A DNA stretch of 64,000 nt from Eledone cirrhosa (Eukaryota): contig OZ024743.1 in the NCBI GenBank assembly GCA_964016885.1, forward strand, positions 17,298,001-17,362,000, given 5' to 3'. A program made the translations under genes and the position numbers. The notes under the pieces were generated by a model. It was given only the letters and a program-made list of their open reading frames with translations. It did no database searches and was not told the DNA's origin. Positions within the stretch are counted from its first letter, which is position 1; each line of letters begins with the position of its first letter. Of this stretch, positions 57,025 to 64,000 are shown piece by piece.

Positions 57025-57248
57025 AATGAGATTAAAAACCATTTTTGTATAGCAAACCATGTCACTCTTATTTCCTGATTTATTATTACAACAAGTGTTT
57101 GCAACATAGGAATTATAGCGTACTCGCAGCATCACTATGGAAATGCCTTTTGGGTCAAACTTAGCCAAGCGTTGATATCATCCACTACCCGGAGTACCAT
57201 AACTGGACTACACCTAAGTGGACTACTTATAACAATAATTTGTTACCC

Positions 57249-57286
<38 letters not shown>

Positions 57287-57292
57287 CGTTTA

Positions 57293-57399
<107 letters not shown>

Positions 57400-58058
57400 T
57401 TATATATATATATATACACACACACATACACACATACACACACACACATATTTATATATATATATATATATATTAGTACAGCATCAACGAAGCTTTGACT
57501 GCGGCCAAGCTAACGAATGCAGATTCGGGATGCAGCTTACCACTCGATGGAGAATATTACCCCAGAGTTATAACAATACGTTTAGACAGCTTGGCAAATC
57601 AAATATAGCGACCGACAGTCTGGCCACATTGCCATAGCAATGAAAAAAACTGAACTCAGGAAAAGATTTTGACTGACCTGGACCACTGCATGGACATCGA
57701 ATGCTACACATAACGCATAACGTATAGCATACATATATATCACATATAACATACAACATCCACGCTAGGTTTCTGTAAATCCGAGTTCGATAAATTCCGC
57801 TTGCAGGGGTCTGCAACTTAATGGCCTTTGACGATAGGACAAAGGATTTACTTCGTCAACAAATCTTGCGTTCTATAGCCTCGGCGGGTGTGTTTTCTAG
57901 CAGTAATTTTCGCTATAGACACGTGGTTTTCCCAAATGGAAGTGACCGCCGTTTTGATGGTCAAATCGAAATTTGGGACAAAAGAATGAAATTCCGTTAG
58001 ACAAACCGAATTAAGCACTCAACCAGAAGTTGTTACACAAAAGTTAGTTCACCATACC

Positions 58059-58165
58059 GGGAACAATTGTTTCACCTTAGCGGATCCTGATCTCGTAATG
58101 TTCATTACGTACTCCCATGTACGTCAATACTCATCGTTTTCCATTTCTCCGAGGTTTCTTAACCC
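58059..58165 (-). ncRNA. Degenerate long-stem-II hammerhead (UUAAGAA)
   Basis: RC reads GGG TTAAGAA ACCT...AGGT GAAA CAATTG TT CCC; truncated relative at 19320-19470. Confidence 0.55.
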
Positions 58166-58313
58166 CACTATCAGGCTAAATAATGTATTTAATTCCTTCA
58201 GTCAAAATACGGCGATAGCTTTCATTTCTAATAATTTGAAACCACCCACTCGCTGTTTCGAAAATATTCTTACATATATATATATATTTATATAAAAATA
58301 TATATATATAAAA

Positions 58314-58431
<118 letters not shown>

Positions 58432-58548
58432 GTATCTATATGTGTGTGTGTGTATCTATCTCTCTATATATATTTCTATAAATGTATATACACACAGGGA
58501 TATATATGTGTGTGTGTGTGTATACATAATGCATACGTAAACAGTTTT

Positions 58549-58627
58549 TTCTTCTTCTTCTTCTTCTTCTTCTTCTTCTTCTTCTTCTTCTTCTTCTTCT
58601 TCTTCTTCTTCTTCTTCTTCTTCTTCT
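58549..58627. repeat. (CTT)n microsatellite
   Basis: Direct reading. Confidence 0.98.
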
Positions 58628-60239
58628 CATTATTATGAAGTTGTTACACCAATAATGTATTATTGATACTGAGGGTGATCCTGCATATTAAGATGATGAT
58701 ACATGATAATGATTCCTCTCTTAACGTAGGAGCATTACATTCAAGTAATGGCAGAGACATTTTAAATGATCTGATTATTGCGGTTAATCATAACCAGTTG
58801 GCGCTGAACCAATGTATGTGAAATGCTAAAATATCTTAGTTAATATGTCTTGTATTGATATGGCCTTATAAACGTGGACATCGTACTGCGACTTCACTAC
58901 TGTAGTCATGTCAGAATCTCTGACCCAGACTGGAATTCGAAACATTAAAAAAAATGAATTCTTTATTTACTTTCAGTTTGGAATAAAGTTTCGGCAACAT
59001 TTATATATGTATATCGCTATAAAGAAGAATAAAACATTAAAAACGGATAGAAAACCTTATATAACAATGTTTTTCCTGAATTATGTAAAAATAATTTCGA
59101 TTTAAATGTGAAAAATCTTCCATAATACATTCATATATAAATACTACATACGGATCTGACACGCATTATGACTAAGCTAGTTTTATGATTGAGTTCAATG
59201 TGTAACAATTAATCTGTCGAGTGCATGCATTTGAGTTTTGGAAGCAGGGGGCACCATTTCTGTTCACATCCATTCACTTGAATAACATCGTCTAAATCAT
59301 TATAAAATATATGCAATGTTTATAAAATACAAATGTACGCATACATAAAAAGACACACACACGAAGGCACGCACCCATCACTCGCACACACACATGCACA
59401 CACCAAACATATATATATATATGAGTGTGTGTGTGAGAGAGCGCGTGTGTTTCAGTGTATGTGTGTAGGTAACCTTGTATGAATGTAAACGAGTCACATG
59501 TGTATGCGCGTCTTTATGAAACCGAATGAATAAAACATATATACATCATAAACAAACTAAAAACAATATATTACAACCAATCTTGCTAAATAAATAATAA
59601 TGAAATCGAAATAAAACATGAAAAGATCCAAATGAGAAATAAATGCACAGGAAATGGAAAATTATCGTACTCGTACGCTGAAATAGAACTATTGAATTCA
59701 ACTTCCGTTGTATTGGATATTTCAAAGGAATATTTCTGGAATTATGCAGTATCCCTTGTTGTCTGCAAACCACCCTAATTTCGATTTGGTTGAGATTTTT
59801 TAAGTTGCTGATTTATAATTGTTTCGGTTGTTTGGAAACTTCCATATATCTAAAATACACTGCACGTGGTTCCATTAGTTATATTATTCTTGGCTAATGT
59901 GAATGATACATTTTGTCATCCGAAAGTTCATTAATGAATGATTTTTTTGAGCAAAACAAAATACACAATATGAAAAATAATATAGAAACACTATTTAGAT
60001 TGCCTTAACTTTAACTCTGTTCTAAGAAGGAAATATTCAGTGATTTGAAGTTATATTATTTCATCCGGTGACACGTGTGCTTTTTTATGCAAAGATAAAC
60101 CCTAACTATATTTCAACATAATATACATCTCTATATTTAACATTAGTGTTTCACAGAATATTCCCAGGTTGACAGATTATTAATTTCATCTTCAAAAAAA
60201 AAAAAAATATATATATATAGAGAGAGAGAGAGAGAAAGA

Positions 60240-61375
60240 AAGAATTTAGTATATCTACTAACATATGCGTACAGATGTACGCTAATGCTAGCAAATACAC
60301 AGGTTATGTCATAGTACCTAGGTGGTTCAATGCAGGAGGATGCAGAACAATAATATAAAAGACGTAAAATAAGAAAATTTTAAAAAATTAAAAAAATTAA
60401 CTTACTTACTAAAATGTTCACTCCAACTAATTAGTTTCTGCAATGGGATAAAGACAGTTACGTAATCTAACTGTCGATAATTCATTGCGTCATCAGGGAG
60501 TCTATTCTCAGCTAAGTCTCCAGGCAATGCGCGGACACTGGGGACTCATATAAAAATAATAATAATTCGGTAGATGGAACAGCTAGCGGGGACTGGATTC
60601 CATGCACTGAAAAGCTCGCTGTCACTGGTCAAATGGCAAATCCTAAATAATCAATCACGTGACACTGAGGCTAGTCGGTAGGAGTGGGATGGTAAGATGA
60701 CAGAAGCCTACTATCACACCAATAAATTAGTAGTGGTTTTGGCAGGTTTGCTCGACAAATAAGTAATTTGGAGTTAAATATAGAGAATTTAGTATATCTA
60801 CTAACATATGCGTACAGATGTACGCTAATGCTAGCAAATACACAGGTTATGTCATAGTACCTAGGTGGTTCAATGCAGGAGGATGCAGAACAATAATATA
60901 AAAGACGTAAAATAAGAAAATTTTAAAAAGTTTTAAAAATTAACTTGCTAAAATTTTCACTCCAACTAATTAGTTTCTGCAATGGGATAAAGACAGTTAC
61001 GTAATCTAACTGTCGAGAATTCATTGCGTCATCAGGGAGTCTATTCTCAGCTAAGTCTCCAGGCAATGCGCGGACACTGGGGACTCATATAAAAATAATA
61101 ATAATTCGGTAGATGGAACAGCTAGCGGGGACTGGATTCCATGCAGCTGTTCCATCTAACGAATTATTATTATTTTTATATGAGTCCCCAGTGTCCGTGC
61201 ATTGCCTGGAGAGTTAGCTGAGAATAGACTCCCTGATGACGCAATGAATTCTCGACAGTTAGATTACGTAACTGTCTTTATCCCATTGCAGAAACTAATT
61301 AGTTGGAGTGAACATTTTAGTAAGTTAACTTTTTAATTTGTTTTAAATTTTCTTATTTTACGTCTTTTATATATT
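60240..61375. mobile_element. Retrozyme-like element: ~540-bp unit, ~1.7 tandem copies (minus sense) plus fold-back arm
   Basis: AGAATTTAGTATATCTAC at 60241 and 60784; 61145-61375 is inverted; hammerheads at 60420-60501 (-), 60959-61040 (-) and 61228-61309 (+). Confidence 0.85.
61228..61309 (+). ncRNA. Type I hammerhead with branched stem II, intact core
   Basis: ACTCC CTGATGA C-GCAATG..[GACAGTTA/TAACTGTC]..CATTGC-A GAAA CTAATTAG TT GGAGT. Confidence 0.88.
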
Positions 61376-61785
61376 GTATTTATTTACTTTGTTCTTAACT
61401 CTGTAGCGGAGATTCATTTGGTCTCCTAGTTAGAATTTTAGTCTACAACTTCTGCTTTAGCTTTTACGTGGTTTTGTCTTTGCGTGCTATTGTTCTCCAC
61501 GCTCCACATATGACGTATTATCTTCGTTTTTTTCGTTCATTGCCAGAGAACGTCTCTATGAACCACATAAGAGAACATTAGTCTTCGGCCTCTATTATAC
61601 CATAAACGTGGTTCTGTCTTTGCACGTAATTGTTTTTCACCGCTCCTATTAATGTCGTATTATTCGTTTTTTCCCGTTCTTAGCCAGCGAACGTTTCCAC
61701 GAACCAAAGTATCGTCTTCCTGTCTTCCTCCGGTTGCAACGTTTTTTGAAATATCCAGTCCTGCGTTTACAGATTGACTTTGTTA

Positions 61786-61834
61786 GTTTCAGAAGATCCC
61801 GTTAAGGGTGAAAGCAGCGATTCTTTGCTTAAAC
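61786..61834 (+). ncRNA. Type I hammerhead, CAGAAGA (U4A) family
   Basis: GTTT CAGAAGA T-CCC-GTTAA-GGG-T GAAA GCAG-CGATTCT-TTGC TT AAAC; its element (~61380-61860) ends in (TA)n. Confidence 0.7.
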
Positions 61835-61856
61835 TTTAATCTGTTATTTTAATAAA

Positions 61857-61954
<98 letters not shown>

Positions 61955-61964
61955 CATACATATA

Positions 61965-64000
61965 CGTGTTTTGCAACGGGTCACTTTGTGGCTCAATGAA
62001 AAGTTAATAAATTAAATAATCAGAGCTATATATCATAAAACATGTCTACAGAATCACCAGATAAAATATATACCATTTCCTCTCCCAATTAGCATAATTA
62101 ACTATATAAAAAATCGAATAGACCAGGCTCCTCCACAATTAGAGCGCTTACAGCGATTCGCCATGGACAAATTCAACTACACTTCTTCCATGAAAGTCAT
62201 ACCGTTCCCGTCAGATAACACGTACATAGGCCTGCTGTTATACCACACCAACTCTTTCATCTGACGCATGAGGTTGCGCGCATTTCACCACGACAGGCGG
62301 ACACAACAACTAGGGTCGGACGCCCCTCGGGACAACCTAAAGCGGATATTTATTTCGAGAAGACACCCACCACACAACGCACAACTGGAGGAATTTGAAA
62401 ACCGTATTGTCAACATAGTTGTAACATCATGTTCCATAGGAATACTGCGCGACGAACAAAATATCTCAAATGTCACGGATCCACCATCAAAAGCATGGAG
62501 AACTGCCAGGATATACTCCTGCCCTCGGTCAAGACTGGTAACGTATACATGGTTGACAATTTTACATATAATGACTGCCTCGGGAAGGAGATTAGGAAAA
62601 ACTATAGGACCACTGGACAGGCACATTTAGGTGGTATTAACGCCACGGCAAAATTTATACTGACGGGGCTAGGACTAGAGGATACGCCAGATATATATGT
62701 ACCTAGAAAAACACGGATATCTATTAAGGACCACAAATTAGACTTTAAAACTAAACTAATGGTTAGGTTAATAGCACCCTCTAAATCCGACCTAGGAAGG
62801 TCCAGTAAGAATATTATAGATAGGATAATACCGGTACTTAGAAACAAAACTAAGGTTAGCCTATGGTCCTTCACTAAGGAGGTAATTGACTGGTTCTCAG
62901 CAATAGATGACAAACACCAAGTAAATTTCATCCTGTTAGACATAGAGAGCTATTACGCGTCGGTATCTCCGATACTAGTCAATAGGGCCCTAATAAGCGC
63001 CATGGCCGGATCTAGCCTCACTAGGGTGAGACAAACCTCATAGTAGCAGCCAGAAAGACGCTAATGAGTTTCGAAGACAAGTTATGGGAGAGGAGGAACA
63101 GACCCGACAGTCTCGATATCCCCATGGGGTCAAGTGACTCGGCACAGGTGACCGACCTGGTGGGGATATATCTCATCCATTGGCTGACGGAGGAGATCTC
63201 GGGGATCGGAGGTGGAATATACAGAAACGACGCCCTTTTCACCTTCCGTTCCCTTAGCCCCAGTCAGATGGAGCGCATGAGGAAGCGCATATCGCATTTT
63301 ATTAAACAATACGGCTTATCCGTGACAATTGACACTAGCACTAAGACTGTCAATTTCCTGGACGTTACCTTGGAAATGAATACGGACACCCACAGACCGT
63401 ACCATAAGCCCAACGAAAACCTGCAATATGTGAACAGGCAATAGAATCACCCCAAGTCAGTCATAGAAGCCATAGTTAAAGCGATGTCAAAACGCGTATC
63501 CACCCTGTCGTCGAACGCAGAAATGTTTAAACAGCACGCCGAATATTATAATGAGGCACTGTGCAGAGCCGATTACAAAGACACCATAATATATACCCCG
63601 GATAGAATAGAGCCTAATGATATGACGTGCAGAAATTCTTCTATCTAAGGGGGCGCCCTCTTAGATAGAAGAATTGACCCGGTAGCAGTAGCCAAGAACA
63701 CCAATAACAGCACTACTAACTTTAATGATACGGAACCGACCCTAGAAGGACTAAGGCACCCATGGGAGCCAGACCACCCAGTGTGCGGAAGCATAGGCCT
63801 GGCACGCACACTGCATACTCAGTGGCAACTGGGACCTTGGACAGGTCTTCGACAAGTAAGAACGGGGCACACGCCACGGAGCACGTCCAGCCTAGTTCTA
63901 GTGCCACAGCACCGACAATAGCATCAGATAGACCTAAAAGGAATAGACGTATAGATGACCACATAGAACGACGTAAATGTATAACTGTAGAACATAACCA
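61965..64000 (+). pseudogene. Decayed Naiad-type PLE reverse transcriptase (runs off the window)
   Basis: SMKVIP, RMRLRA, KDHK, RLIAPSKSDLG, DIESYY, PMGSSDSA, GIYRND, VNFLDVT, PYHKPN, NHP; frameshifts and stops; starts after (TA)n. Confidence 0.9.

Larger units (their letters stand above)
55455..57081 (-). mobile_element. Decayed Naiad-type PLE 3' end with inverted partial pLTR
   Basis: KKRWYVH..STTLAKKIWEVK..YSIKWS GIY-YIG remnant at 56400-56860; 56860-57081 is the reverse complement of 55455-55686. Confidence 0.8.

Overview
AT-rich eukaryotic DNA, saturated with (TA)n/(CA)n microsatellites, probably from an octopod cephalopod (judged from the tRNA-type SINE, an inference). No host gene can be supported; nearly all short ORFs are microsatellite artefacts. 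The window is mostly retroelements: one near-intact Neptune-type Penelope-like element (PLE; RT + Zn finger + GIY-YIG, 736 aa), four decayed Naiad-type PLEs, an R4/Dong-type RLE LINE in (AAT)n, several SINEs and a Helitron cluster. The main hidden signal is a dense set of type I hammerhead ribozymes, read by eye: about 20 copies in about 11 sequence families. They lie in PLE terminal repeats and in ORF-less 320-1200 bp tandem or fold-back elements that look like retrozymes. Many have non-canonical cores (UUGANAA with U3-A8, CAGAAGA, CCGANGA), palindromic stem III, or stem II expanded to 50-95 nt. Most of these elements abut (TA)n tracts and carry an inverted partial copy of themselves. All structures are manual predictions and element boundaries are approximate.
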